IMG/VR virus record: IMGVR_UViG_3300020048_000058
Direction: 5' to 3' (one strand)
DNA from: a virus
Length of the DNA stretch: 64,000 bases
The notes beneath the pieces are model-generated. The model was not told where the DNA came from. It did no database searches and worked only from the letters and a program-made list of their open reading frames with translations. Shown here piece after piece: positions 42,885 to 52,172 of this stretch. Every line of letters starts with the position of its first letter. Position 1 is the first letter of the stretch. The translations under genes and the position numbers were made by a program.

Positions 42885-44295
42885 TTTTACCAAGGAGAAT
42901 TGGGGAGTAGCGATCGCCACGTCTCTAGCTGTCTCAAGTATTGGATTATTTGGAGCCGCGAGTATTCAAATCGAATCCTTGAAAGGGATATCCCCTTACC
43001 AAAACCAAAAAGGCGAATGGGGTCATACCCTGGTTATTGAGCGTAAACCCGTTAATAATTCAATCCTTCTATATTTAGCGGGCGTGGGATGCCTTGGTGC
43101 TTTAGCGGGGTTGATACTAGGGGATGAGTCTATGGTCAAACTTGAGGATCTACCCCGCACCGTCCCCGATACCTTGGCTAAATCAGTTAGTTGGACAGTT
43201 TGGGGAGTTGGTCAGGCTTTGGATAGTCTAGGGGACTTTGGAGAAAAAGGTTATGCCAAATCATCTCAACTGTTGATCCGAGCTATCCCACCGGAAATCA
43301 AGAGTAAATTCCAAAGTATTAAAAATGATTCGGGTTGGGTATCCGAATTTCTATCGTTGCCACATCAAAGGCTAACAGGCGGAACGGGGTCGGGTAAATC
43401 TAAACTCCTGGGATTGATAATCAGTCAATGGCTTGAGAATAACCCCGATGGTCAACTGTTTATTGCTGACCCGAATTATGGAAAGCCCGATAATGACGGC
43501 TATCTTAATAATTGGTTTGGGTTGGACACCGAATGGATCAAGCAACCCGATGACGAGATTGATAGCCTAATTGATCACGTTCACACCCAATTAGATAAAC
43601 GGATTAAGGCTTGTGTTGACGGAGCCAGAAACGGCTTTACCAAGTTATCAGAAATTCAAGTTGACCTGACTCCGATTTGCCTAATCTGCGAAGAATTTGA
43701 CAGTATCGTGGAACGATACAAGTCAGACAAAACCAATTCCCGGCTCGATAAGCTAATTGAGATCATTAAGCAGGGTAGAGGCTACAAGATTAAGTTAATC
43801 CCCGTGGGTCAATCCGCGTCCGTCGGTGAGGGTGGTTTTACTTTGGCAACACTGGAAAATTTAGCTCAATTAATAATCTGCTACCCATCAATCCCTGAAT
43901 CGCAGTTACGGTATTTAGCCGGGGAGAAAACGGGGTTAATAGAGATAGCTGAAAGGTTGCTCAAGGAAGGGAAAAGACCCGCTATCTGCACAATCAAAGG
44001 GCAATCAAGAGTAGTTTCAATTCCTGACCTATCAGGATTTAACGTTACCTTTGCCAGTGCCAAATCAACCGACCCGGATAGTGATTGGTGGGAGCAGGTT
44101 AATACTGCCCTGTTTAAATCTTCTCTTGAACTTCGGGCTTTTAAATATTCCCACGGTTTGATTCCATCACCCCTAAAACAAATTTGTAGCGAGATAGGGA
44201 TAGAACCGAGAAGCACTAACAAACGTTACACGAATTACCTCAAACCCGCATGGGAGTCTCAATTATCTCAGTCCAAAGTCTTAATTAATAAATAG
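42868..44295 (+). CDS. membrane-anchored FtsK/SpoIIIE-family ATPase
   Basis: N-terminal TM segments. HQRLTGGTGSGKSKLLGLII (Walker A), LFIADPNYGK, ICLICEEFDS (Walker B) and GRGYKIKLIPVGQSASV match the FtsK pattern. Start set at the ATG at 42868 after GGAGG. Confidence 0.6.
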   Translation: MPKPSNFTKENWGVAIATSLAVSSIGLFGAASIQIESLKGISPYQNQKGEWGHTLVIERKPVNNSILLYLAGVGCLGALAGLILGDESMVKLEDLPRTVPDTLAKSVSWTVWGVGQALDSLGDFGEKGYAKSSQLLIRAIPPEIKSKFQSIKNDSGWVSEFLSLPHQRLTGGTGSGKSKLLGLIISQWLENNPDGQLFIADPNYGKPDNDGYLNNWFGLDTEWIKQPDDEIDSLIDHVHTQLDKRIKACVDGARNGFTKLSEIQVDLTPICLICEEFDSIVERYKSDKTNSRLDKLIEIIKQGRGYKIKLIPVGQSASVGEGGFTLATLENLAQLIICYPSIPESQLRYLAGEKTGLIEIAERLLKEGKRPAICTIKGQSRVVSIPDLSGFNVTFASAKSTDPDSDWWEQVNTALFKSSLELRAFKYSHGLIPSPLKQICSEIGIEPRSTNKRYTNYLKPAWESQLSQSKVLINK

Positions 44296-44307
44296 GAGCC
44301 TTTACTT

Positions 44308-44544
44308 ATGAAACCCTCAAGAATTGTTTTCGTTTCCCTTTTAACTTTAGTTGTCTTTTTTGGAGTCAGAGGGATGACAGTTGAAACCGCTATCAAGACA
44401 TTATTCGAGAAAAGTGTAGGGACTTTAACCTATTGGTTCGGCGGGTCTATAAATGCCACAAATAATCGTCAACTTCCCCCCGGTCAAGGTGACGATTCCG
44501 ATTCAACTATTACCCCAATTGAATCACTGGAGGATGTTAAATAA
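44308..44544 (+). CDS. small membrane or secreted protein (78 aa)
   Basis: Hydrophobic N-terminus IVFVSLLTLVVFFGV. Confidence 0.45.
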   Translation: MKPSRIVFVSLLTLVVFFGVRGMTVETAIKTLFEKSVGTLTYWFGGSINATNNRQLPPGQGDDSDSTITPIESLEDVK

Positions 44545-44888
44545 TGAGAGTTTTATTCTATTTTGGATCTGTTCTGGGTTGGGTATTTCTGATTTACTTT
44601 TGTTGGAATCAGTCAATCCCTTGGTGGTTTAAAAAGGGTGTAGCCGAAACAGTAAAAACCATCCCAGAAATAACTAGGCAGATACCCAAGGAGGACTGGG
44701 CAAAACCAACAGAGTCAAAGCCTGAAGACAAGAAACCCACCGAAGCTAAACCCGAAAAGAAAGAGACAGCTAAAAGTCTGTTCAGTGGTGAGTTTAAATT
44801 AGGTGGCTTGCGATCGCGCTATAACCTCGACGTTCCCCAAAATGATAAATCAGAACAAATAGGCAAGCAAGATATGGGGGGAAAATAA
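44544..44888 (+). CDS. membrane protein with Lys/Glu/Pro-rich tail (114 aa)
   Basis: TM segment VLFYFGSVLGWVFLIYFCW. Confidence 0.45.
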   Translation: MRVLFYFGSVLGWVFLIYFCWNQSIPWWFKKGVAETVKTIPEITRQIPKEDWAKPTESKPEDKKPTEAKPEKKETAKSLFSGEFKLGGLRSRYNLDVPQNDKSEQIGKQDMGGK

Positions 44889-44892
44889 GGCA

Positions 44893-45495
44893 ATGTTGAA
44901 CCGGAAATTGGAGGAGAGGATAAGGGATTGTGAGGAACAGTTGGATGATGCTTTTTTCTGGATTTTCATTACTTGTCTGTTATTGGGCTTTGGGATTCTT
45001 AAATTCAACCAATCCTCTCCCCAGGTTTCTAGTCCCCAATCAACAGAATCTAGTCAAACCTCAACAGTCACGTTAGGTAAAGATGCCCCTAAGTTTATTT
45101 ATCCCCACTCAGATCCTTACCCAATATCTTCTGGGTTTGGTATGCGCGAGCATCCTGTAACGGGAGGGCAAAAAATGCACAACGGGATTGATTTTGCAGC
45201 GCCGGGGGGTGCAAACATCCTGGCTGTTGCCGATGGTCAGGTGTCTTTTGCTGGTGACATGGGGGGATGTGGTAATGCAGTGGAAATTAATCACAGTGGC
45301 GGCTACCTGTCCAAATACTGCCACGCCTTAAAAGTTTTAGTCCAGAAAGGTCAATCAGTCAAAGCCGGTACTCCCATAGCTCTAGTTGGTACTACGGGAA
45401 CATCAACCGGAAATCACCTGCACTTAGGAATAAAACTCAATGGTCAGTATATTGACCCTAAAAAAGTAATCCCAATAATGGAGCCGAAAAAATGA
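44893..45495 (+). CDS. M23-family peptidase (membrane-anchored)
   Basis: Motifs HNGIDFAAPGG, ...GNAVEINHSGGY... and GTTGTSTGNHLHLGI. Confidence 0.85.
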   Translation: MLNRKLEERIRDCEEQLDDAFFWIFITCLLLGFGILKFNQSSPQVSSPQSTESSQTSTVTLGKDAPKFIYPHSDPYPISSGFGMREHPVTGGQKMHNGIDFAAPGGANILAVADGQVSFAGDMGGCGNAVEINHSGGYLSKYCHALKVLVQKGQSVKAGTPIALVGTTGTSTGNHLHLGIKLNGQYIDPKKVIPIMEPKK

Positions 45496-46112
45496 TTTTC
45501 AATAACTTAATGATGATAGGAGTAGTCGGATTTGCGGGTTTCAATTTGTTGCAATCCCCCGCCATTCAATCAGTAACGGGTGCTAATCCATCGGGTAATG
45601 TTTCCGGTGATATTTCCAAAGCACAAGCCCCTGAAGAGATTAAGAAAGCTGTTAGTCAAGCTGGTATAAATGACGAGGGTTTTGCATGGGCGATCGCGCA
45701 TATTCTAAAAGTAGAAGGAGGTTGGTCGGATCACCCTGCCGATGGCGGTGGGAAAACCAAGTATGGTATTATTGAAAGTGTAGCCAAACGGCACGGGTTA
45801 AGTGTTGCCAACGTCACGCTACCGCAGGCAATAAAGATATATCACACCGACTACTGGATAGCTTCAGGTGCAGATAAAGCCCAGAAACCGCTTAATTTAG
45901 CTATAATGAATAGTTATGTTAATAGTGGTAAAAAGTGGAGTATTTCAGGGTCAACACCGCAGGAACAGGCGTTAAACTATCTCAAGTCTCAAGATAGTTA
46001 TTACACCTCAATTTATACCAGTAGACCTTCTCAAACCGTGTTTAAGTCGGGTTGGCATCGTCGAACTAAATATATGATGGATGCCGTTAATGGCGGTAAT
46101 CCGAGTTGGTAA
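45492..46112 (+). CDS. GH108-type lysozyme-like peptidoglycan hydrolase
   Basis: ILKVEGGWSDHPADGGGKTKYGI matches the GH108 EGGY..P.D.GG.T..GI motif. It also has an N-terminal TM or signal segment. Confidence 0.75.
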   Translation: MIFNNLMMIGVVGFAGFNLLQSPAIQSVTGANPSGNVSGDISKAQAPEEIKKAVSQAGINDEGFAWAIAHILKVEGGWSDHPADGGGKTKYGIIESVAKRHGLSVANVTLPQAIKIYHTDYWIASGADKAQKPLNLAIMNSYVNSGKKWSISGSTPQEQALNYLKSQDSYYTSIYTSRPSQTVFKSGWHRRTKYMMDAVNGGNPSW

Positions 46113-46130
46113 AAATCAAAAACAACACAA

Positions 46131-47609
46131 ATGAAAAGTATTGAACAACCTGGCTTCGTTTACATCCTACACGCCGAGGGTACTAATCGCTTTAAGATCG
46201 GATATTCGGCAGATCCGGAAAAAAGGTGTCAAAGTGTTAGTCAACAGTCACCATTTTCCATTGTATTAATTCACAGCTACCCATCAGACAATGCTTACAG
46301 GGATGAACAAAAATTACACAATATGTTCAGTAACAGAAGGGTACATGGAGAATGGTTTTGTTTTGATTCAATTGAACACATAAAAGTATTAATTGATGAG
46401 TTTTTTGAGATTAAGTCATTAAACAAATCAACAAAACCAATCCCAATTTCATCGCGTCACCTTTATTCAGGAGACGAAGTAAACGATCAATCGCAACGAC
46501 CTAAACCCAAGAAACGGGAAAAACCTGAATATCCCGATCTTTCAGATGAACAAATTAGAATTGTTAAATTTGTCGAAAAACAGGGGGGAGAATGCAAACT
46601 AAACGACATCCTCAAGGGGATGACAATTACAGTTAATGGGGAGCGATGGACTAAAGAAAAATATACTCACGCAATCCATTCTATTAAAAACAAGGGATAC
46701 TTAAATCTGAGGGTTGAGCGTGAAACAATCTGGATTAGTTTGCTGCGATTTGAACAAGTTGACAAATCCAGTCAACAAGAATCACCGGAAAACAACAGCA
46801 ATCCTGATGATATTAACCGCCGTAAATTTGAAGCTATTACCAGCTATTGCCAGAGGAAAGGCGAAACAACTGTAAGAAAAATACAGCAAGGAAAGTTATT
46901 ATCTGATGAATATAAGCTCGATTCAAACTTTATTAAATATGCTCTGAATATGCTCTCAGAACAGGGATTAATTACCCTTGACAAGTCATCAGAGGATTGG
47001 ATTATAGAATCTTTTGCAGGTAATCCTTTGTCCGCGTCTTTCCCTGATTTTGATATCTGGAAACTAAGGCAGAAGCCAAAAAAGAGTGATAATCCCAAGG
47101 ATAAATTTATGCAGATACTGACATTCTGTGAGGGAATAGGATCAACATCGGTGCGAGAGGTTCAGCGTTCATCTGTTGGATATAATTTATCATCGGATGT
47201 TATCAAATATGCTTTTGAATGGCTGGAAAATAATGGCTATGGGACAGTTAAAACTGAACAAACCGGGGGGACTACCAGGGTATCGTTTACACCAGATTCT
47301 TGTGATAGTAAACTAGAGAATAAACCGGAATTAAACCAGATTATTAACGGGGTTGAATTGTACCCAGAATGGTTGAGTATTTATGAATTAGCTAAACAAG
47401 ACGGTTCAATTTTAGCCCGTGAAGTTTATCGCTCTGCATTAGGTCAAAGGCTTAAATTAAACAAAGCAACAACCCGTCAGATATTCGACAAATTAACAGA
47501 AGCCAAACTAGGAACTGTTACAGAAGTTAGTGGTAGCTGTATTTTTACCCCTGATTTATCCTATAAGCAAAGCAAAACACAAGCCCATGAATTATCCCGA
47601 AGTAGTTGA
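46131..47609 (+). CDS. T5orf172 (GIY-YIG superfamily) domain protein with four winged-helix-like repeats
   Basis: N-terminus GFVYILHAEGTNRFKIGYSADPEKR...EQKLHNMFSNRRVHGEWF. This is followed by four paralogous segments of about 60 aa each. Confidence 0.7.
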   Translation: MKSIEQPGFVYILHAEGTNRFKIGYSADPEKRCQSVSQQSPFSIVLIHSYPSDNAYRDEQKLHNMFSNRRVHGEWFCFDSIEHIKVLIDEFFEIKSLNKSTKPIPISSRHLYSGDEVNDQSQRPKPKKREKPEYPDLSDEQIRIVKFVEKQGGECKLNDILKGMTITVNGERWTKEKYTHAIHSIKNKGYLNLRVERETIWISLLRFEQVDKSSQQESPENNSNPDDINRRKFEAITSYCQRKGETTVRKIQQGKLLSDEYKLDSNFIKYALNMLSEQGLITLDKSSEDWIIESFAGNPLSASFPDFDIWKLRQKPKKSDNPKDKFMQILTFCEGIGSTSVREVQRSSVGYNLSSDVIKYAFEWLENNGYGTVKTEQTGGTTRVSFTPDSCDSKLENKPELNQIINGVELYPEWLSIYELAKQDGSILAREVYRSALGQRLKLNKATTRQIFDKLTEAKLGTVTEVSGSCIFTPDLSYKQSKTQAHELSRSS

Positions 47610-47916
47610 ATCGGTTTACAGAAAAATATCAGCAAAACCAAAGACACAACACCTCCCCCATAACAAAGATTTTATTTTGATGACACTCTATCACCGGACG
47701 ACAAACCCTAAAGCCAAATACCCCCGTGAAGGGGCTGTCAAAACCATTCTTGATCTTGGTTTAGAGTTTGCTCCTGTTGAGGATTGGAACATCAGCTTAG
47801 AGGATTACAACGCCGCCAAACTAAACCAACAAAGTCGATGGTTAACATGGCGAGAAAACTTAGCTCCCGTTGGTTCAGAGTTCAAGAAAACCATAGACAA
47901 CAATCAAGAATTTTAA
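47587..47916 (+). CDS. hypothetical protein (109 aa)
   Basis: Track ORF trimmed to the ATG at 47587. Its N-terminus NYPEVVESVYRKI is paralogous to the next ORF. Confidence 0.45.
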   Translation: MNYPEVVESVYRKISAKPKTQHLPHNKDFILMTLYHRTTNPKAKYPREGAVKTILDLGLEFAPVEDWNISLEDYNAAKLNQQSRWLTWRENLAPVGSEFKKTIDNNQEF

Positions 47917-48189
47917 ATGAAAAAGTCAAAAGTTAAATCAAATTATCCAGAGATTGCCGAGTTAGTTGTTACCACTGCCAAGAAACGCGGCGGGAATCAA
48001 TTATTAACCGATGTCAATTGGGTAACTAAAACCCTGTTCAAATATCAGAATGGTGTGACTCCTCTGACTGATACAGACTCGGATTGCGTCAGAATTGGAG
48101 AGGAGTTAAGACCCCGTTATGAGTGGCAAGTAACCCGTGATCATGTAGCTTTTGCTAATCAGAATAGTATTAAGAAGGGATGGAAATAA
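47917..48189 (+). CDS. hypothetical protein (90 aa), paralog of the previous ORF
   Basis: The NYPEIAELVVTTA motif is shared with 47587-47916. Confidence 0.45.
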   Translation: MKKSKVKSNYPEIAELVVTTAKKRGGNQLLTDVNWVTKTLFKYQNGVTPLTDTDSDCVRIGEELRPRYEWQVTRDHVAFANQNSIKKGWK

Positions 48190-48755
48190 TGATCAATACT
48201 TTCATCGGAATTGACCCAGGCAAAACCGGAGGAGTTGCCATCATCTCTCCATCGGGAATCAAACTCATTGATTGTCCAGTTATTGAGATTGAAACTAAGG
48301 TTAAAAGCAAAAAGCCAAACCTCACGCTAATTGATCAGGTTGCGGACAAGGGAACAGTCAAGTCCAAAGCTAAACCCAAAACTAAAATCACAACGAAGTC
48401 AAACCCTGCATTAATGGCATCGGAGTTAGCACAGTTAGTTACCTCAAACTCAATAATCGCCATAGAGAGCGTTCATTCAATGCCAGGACAGGGAGTTAGA
48501 TCAACCTTTGATTTTGGGATGAATTTTGGCATCTGGTTGGGAGTGATCGCAACGTTAAATATTCCTATGGAGTTGGTGACCCCTCAAGAATGGAAAAAGC
48601 ATTATGGCTTGATAGGGAAAGAAAAGGACGCATCAAGGATTATTGCGGTGCAGTTATTCCCCCAGATGGCTATGGAATTAAAGCTCAAGAAATACAACGG
48701 GCGGGCGGAGGCACTTCTCCTTGCTGAATATCTGCGGCGCAAAGCAGGAGGTTAG
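48180..48755 (+). CDS. ruvC: RuvC-like Holliday junction resolvase
   Basis: Motifs FIGIDPGKTGGVAII, IAIESVHSMPGQG and C-terminal GRAEALLLAEYL. Confidence 0.7.
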   Translation: MEIMINTFIGIDPGKTGGVAIISPSGIKLIDCPVIEIETKVKSKKPNLTLIDQVADKGTVKSKAKPKTKITTKSNPALMASELAQLVTSNSIIAIESVHSMPGQGVRSTFDFGMNFGIWLGVIATLNIPMELVTPQEWKKHYGLIGKEKDASRIIAVQLFPQMAMELKLKKYNGRAEALLLAEYLRRKAGG

Positions 48756-48765
48756 GATAAAGCAA

Positions 48766-48978
48766 ATGGGAGATATTAAAATCTTTAACAAAGATGGTTT
48801 TCTAAATTTCGTGGAAGGTAATCTAGCGTCTGCCGAGGATTATAAAAAAGCAGATCGGTGTCAAGGATCTGTTTTTGAAGCACTGAAACCAGGTTATTTA
48901 GTAGAACTCCAAGATGGAATATTTGTTTTAAATAAAGATATGGATATTCGGCGCGAGGTCAGTCGTGGCGATATTTAA
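48766..48978 (+). CDS. hypothetical protein (70 aa)
   Basis: Track ORF trimmed to the ATG at 48766. Confidence 0.4.
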   Translation: MGDIKIFNKDGFLNFVEGNLASAEDYKKADRCQGSVFEALKPGYLVELQDGIFVLNKDMDIRREVSRGDI

Positions 48979-49023
48979 TAGCTAAAGATAAACCCCCGCA
49001 AAGTTAATTTACGGGGTTTTTAT

Positions 49024-49575
49024 TTACCATTTAGAAGTTTGACAAACGGTTCCCCAGTGTCGAAAAACTGATTCAACTTTTTGAGGTTGCAATCCGAAAT
49101 AAAACAATGTCTGGGAGACTCGGTTTTGATTCTGTTTCTTCCCTTCCTCAGCCCGTTTAGGGGAGTAGAACGTTAGGCGAGTATGCGGGAGTATGAAGCG
49201 ATCGCACCGCCCTAACGCCTTCTCATACCAGGCTGTACTGTTGTCGGTATTGGTCAACAAAAAGGCTTCCGCTTCAGTCTCGTTCAGAGTTTGAATTAAT
49301 TTGTCAACAACTTTCTCAACAAATCCCGCGCTGTAGGGAGGGTTTAACCAGAGTGTCTTAGCCCGTCTCCAGTTCTGTTTAAATCCATCATCTTGAATTG
49401 TGAATATCTTTTGAGCTTTAATAATTTGATTGGCTTGTTCACAGCTAAAAGGGTCTAATTCAGGAAATCCATAAAACTCATGGACTAAATCAATCAAATC
49501 AGACGGGGTATAATTTTCGTTTGAATCAAGAATTACGGGTTGTGTTTCAAATAGTGAAAGTTGTTGTATAATCAT
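49024..49575 (-). CDS. dam: phage-type DNA N6-adenine methyltransferase (Dam family)
   Basis: YTPSDLIDLV...FPELDPFS...WLNPPYS fits the pattern of the phage Dam family (PF05869-like). Confidence 0.75.
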   Translation of the reverse strand: MIIQQLSLFETQPVILDSNENYTPSDLIDLVHEFYGFPELDPFSCEQANQIIKAQKIFTIQDDGFKQNWRRAKTLWLNPPYSAGFVEKVVDKLIQTLNETEAEAFLLTNTDNSTAWYEKALGRCDRFILPHTRLTFYSPKRAEEGKKQNQNRVSQTLFYFGLQPQKVESVFRHWGTVCQTSKW

Positions 49576-49698
49576 TATGTTGTTGCTTTGTGTGTTTGCT
49601 TTTTAAAAGTATCTGAGATTCTCTACAAACTCAGATACTTTTTCTTTATTATAAGGTATTTGTGTTAAAATAAATATTAACTTAAATGTTAGTAAATT

Positions 49699-49977
49699 AT
49701 GAAATCAGAAAACAAGAAAAAGAAATGTGGTTTTGCTGCTATGAGCCCAGAAAAACGTCGGGAGATTTCTAGCAAAGGTGGTAAAGCATCTCACGATAAA
49801 GGAACGCTTCACAACTTCACATCAGATGAGTGTAGCGATGGCGGGGTTTCCACATCACGAAACAAAGACTACATGACTGAGATAGGTCGTAAAGGTGGCA
49901 AGGCATCTCGTGATAAAGGAACACTGTATAAGTTTACTTCTGAAGATTGCAGAAAAGCGTGGAAAAGATCAACATGA
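49699..49977 (+). CDS. KGG-repeat general-stress-type protein
   Basis: Two copies of the (S/R)KGGKAS(H/R)DKGTL motif, with GFAAMSPEKRREISSKGGKASH. Confidence 0.65.
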   Translation: MKSENKKKKCGFAAMSPEKRREISSKGGKASHDKGTLHNFTSDECSDGGVSTSRNKDYMTEIGRKGGKASRDKGTLYKFTSEDCRKAWKRST

Positions 49978-49992
49978 ACAAATTTAGATAAG

Positions 49993-50027
49993 AATTGAGG
50001 AAATAAAAGTGACAACAGAAATAGCAC
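49993..50027 (+). repeat. 35-bp direct repeat, left copy (duplicate of the translation-initiation region of gene 51031)
   Basis: AATTGAGGAAATAAAAGTGACAACAGAAATAGCAC matches 51015-51049 at 32/35 positions. Confidence 0.85.
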
Positions 50028-50108
50028 GGGCGGGCGGATGCTTTGTTATTGGCAGAATATTTAAGACGTAGAACTAAAAACCTTACAAAAAGCGAAGATA
50101 AAGAATAA
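50028..50108 (+). pseudogene. remnant of the 3' end of a second, diverged RuvC-like gene
   Basis: Translates to GRADALLLAEYLRRRTKNL..., against GRAEALLLAEYLRRKAGG at the end of 48180-48755. It has no start and is out of frame with the upstream GTG. Confidence 0.55.
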
Positions 50109-50163
50109 AATAACACCAGGAGAGAATGTTTTTCCTGATGTTATTCTTTATATTTTGTTGGTT

Positions 50164-50925
50164 CTATTTAGAAAGAATAATTATTTTCCCCCCGACGTTA
50201 GTTCCGCTTTCTTTGAATGCTCCCTGCTCAATATCTAAGACTTCCGCATCATTCTCGTCTAGGAATTGAATAAACTGGATCTGTTTCCGTTGACTCCCGT
50301 TAAACCAGGACGTAGAACAAATCGAAACCAACCGACCACCATCATTTAAGCAGTCCCACATCTTTAGGATATGGTCAATATCCTGATTTTTGGTAAATGG
50401 AGGATTGGCAATAATCCGGTCATACTTCCCCTCGCTATGATTCAGAAAATCGTCTCCTAGTAAATTGAATTTGAGCTTGGTTTTGTTTAGGATAATGCGA
50501 TTAACCTCCATTAACTCATAGCAATCAACCGTCACATTACAAATGGCGTTTATCGCCCGAATGATGGCTCCTTGTCCGGCGCTCGGCTCTAATATTGAAT
50601 GGCTATTATCAACCTCCACCAGTTTAACCAAGTAGTTAGCAAGTGGGGCAGGGGTTTCAAAAAACTGAAATTCTTTCTTGAGATTGAGATCGCCACCATT
50701 GGCAATCTCGCTTAATAATTCAGTTGGATCAGTTAAGAAAACAAATCCTTGAACTTTCCCTCCTTTCCACTTACCGCCGATCAAATTTAAGGATTTGGCA
50801 ACTTCCAGGTAAAGTTTTCTTTCTAGCTGGTTTTCTGGGAGTTTGACGATATTCCCTGAGACGGTGCATTTGGACAAAATATCTTCTTTCGTGGTCATAA
50901 TCCCTCCTGGGTTTTTATTAGACAT
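50164..50925 (-). CDS. DNA N6-adenine methyltransferase (gamma-class, NPPF)
   Basis: Motif I ILEPSAGQGAI and motif IV IIANPPFTK. Confidence 0.75.
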   Translation of the reverse strand: MSNKNPGGIMTTKEDILSKCTVSGNIVKLPENQLERKLYLEVAKSLNLIGGKWKGGKVQGFVFLTDPTELLSEIANGGDLNLKKEFQFFETPAPLANYLVKLVEVDNSHSILEPSAGQGAIIRAINAICNVTVDCYELMEVNRIILNKTKLKFNLLGDDFLNHSEGKYDRIIANPPFTKNQDIDHILKMWDCLNDGGRLVSICSTSWFNGSQRKQIQFIQFLDENDAEVLDIEQGAFKESGTNVGGKIIILSK

Positions 50926-51014
50926 TGATTTTTCTAACCGCCATCAAATGTAGAGATTTTTTGGCGGTTTTGCTATGTTTATTTTATCATTATTAGTGAT
51001 AAAATAGTTTTTAA

Positions 51015-51049
51015 AATTGAGGAAATAAAAATGACAACAGAAACAACAC
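51015..51049 (+). repeat. 35-bp direct repeat, right copy
   Basis: See 49993-50027. Confidence 0.85.
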
Positions 51050-51198
51050 TAATGGAAATAGCTGCGCCGTCGATTGTAGGGTATTTACTCGACAATCAAG
51101 GGAAGACGATTAAGTGTAAAGTAACAATAAACTCAAAGGGATATATAGTGTTTTATCCCGTGGACGAGGAGTGCGATCGCAATGCCAACAACGACTGA
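51031..51198 (+). CDS. small hypothetical protein (55 aa)
   Basis: GAGGAAATAAAA then ATG. It falls below the track cutoff. Its 3' end carries a duplicate of the start region of the next gene. Confidence 0.35.
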   Translation: MTTETTLMEIAAPSIVGYLLDNQGKTIKCKVTINSKGYIVFYPVDEECDRNANND

Positions 51199-51331
51199 TT
51201 ATGTTAATGTTTTCGTGTTATAATAATATTGGTGGAAAGATTCTCTCTTAAAGTTACCCGGCATCCGCTTGGTGGCTTTTTGTTTTATGGGTTTGGGTGT
51301 TAGAATATTATTGGAGAGATCAGAGGGAGAA

Positions 51332-52171
51332 ATGCCAACGACAACTGATTATGTTAGTTCGGTTTCGTTACTGCCAACAGTGGAATTTTTGGAGTTGGTA
51401 GCTAAGAAGCAATGGGACTCAACCGTTGGTTATGGCTTAGGAATATCAACAATTGTCCCGATGTTTCACTCCACAACTAACTCAGAATGGCTATGCCTTA
51501 ATTCTGAATCCGAGTTTTTGGAATCTCCAAAGGGAACTATATCAATCAAGAATCCTTTTGCCTATACCCGACCGGAATCGTCGCCCGTTTACGTTGGCTA
51601 TAACGATATTTCAATCCCATCTACTAAGGCAAATAAAGCCAAATCACTCTATTTGTTCAGGATAGATGAAGATGGGATAAACGAAGTTATTATGGTTTCT
51701 AATTATGACAAGAAACCTGATAATGTTACCACCGCACCGCCATTGGATTGCTTCTCTAGGGAGTGTCTGACGTGGTTTAGTAGCGATGTTGATTGGTTTA
51801 CGGGGTTTGGGGTTTCTTCTCAGTCTCTGGCTTCGTTTGTTGTTGATGACAATGGGATTATATTAACTAAGTCTAGCGACCTTCTGTCTGGACTTATAAC
51901 CAAATCCGTTACAACGGTTGATTATACCAATATTCAAGTCATTGGTACTATTTCAACCCTAACCCCTTGGGTGTCTTTACAGTTATCAACAGGGGTTCAG
52001 TTTATGGGGGGTGATGATAAAGCCAATATTCTATTCTTGTACTCAGTAGACAAGGATAATGATTCATTGGTGGCTTTTGCTTATGGCTATACTGCACCCA
52101 TATCCACAATTAGTTATGATACAATGGTAACAGATATTTCGTTTAATTCAGAAGATATAATCATTATTTAA
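51332..52171 (+). CDS. hypothetical protein (279 aa)
   Basis: Track ORF trimmed to the ATG at 51332, preceded by GAGGGAGA. Confidence 0.5.
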   Translation: MPTTTDYVSSVSLLPTVEFLELVAKKQWDSTVGYGLGISTIVPMFHSTTNSEWLCLNSESEFLESPKGTISIKNPFAYTRPESSPVYVGYNDISIPSTKANKAKSLYLFRIDEDGINEVIMVSNYDKKPDNVTTAPPLDCFSRECLTWFSSDVDWFTGFGVSSQSLASFVVDDNGIILTKSSDLLSGLITKSVTTVDYTNIQVIGTISTLTPWVSLQLSTGVQFMGGDDKANILFLYSVDKDNDSLVAFAYGYTAPISTISYDTMVTDISFNSEDIIII

Positions 52172-52172
52172 T

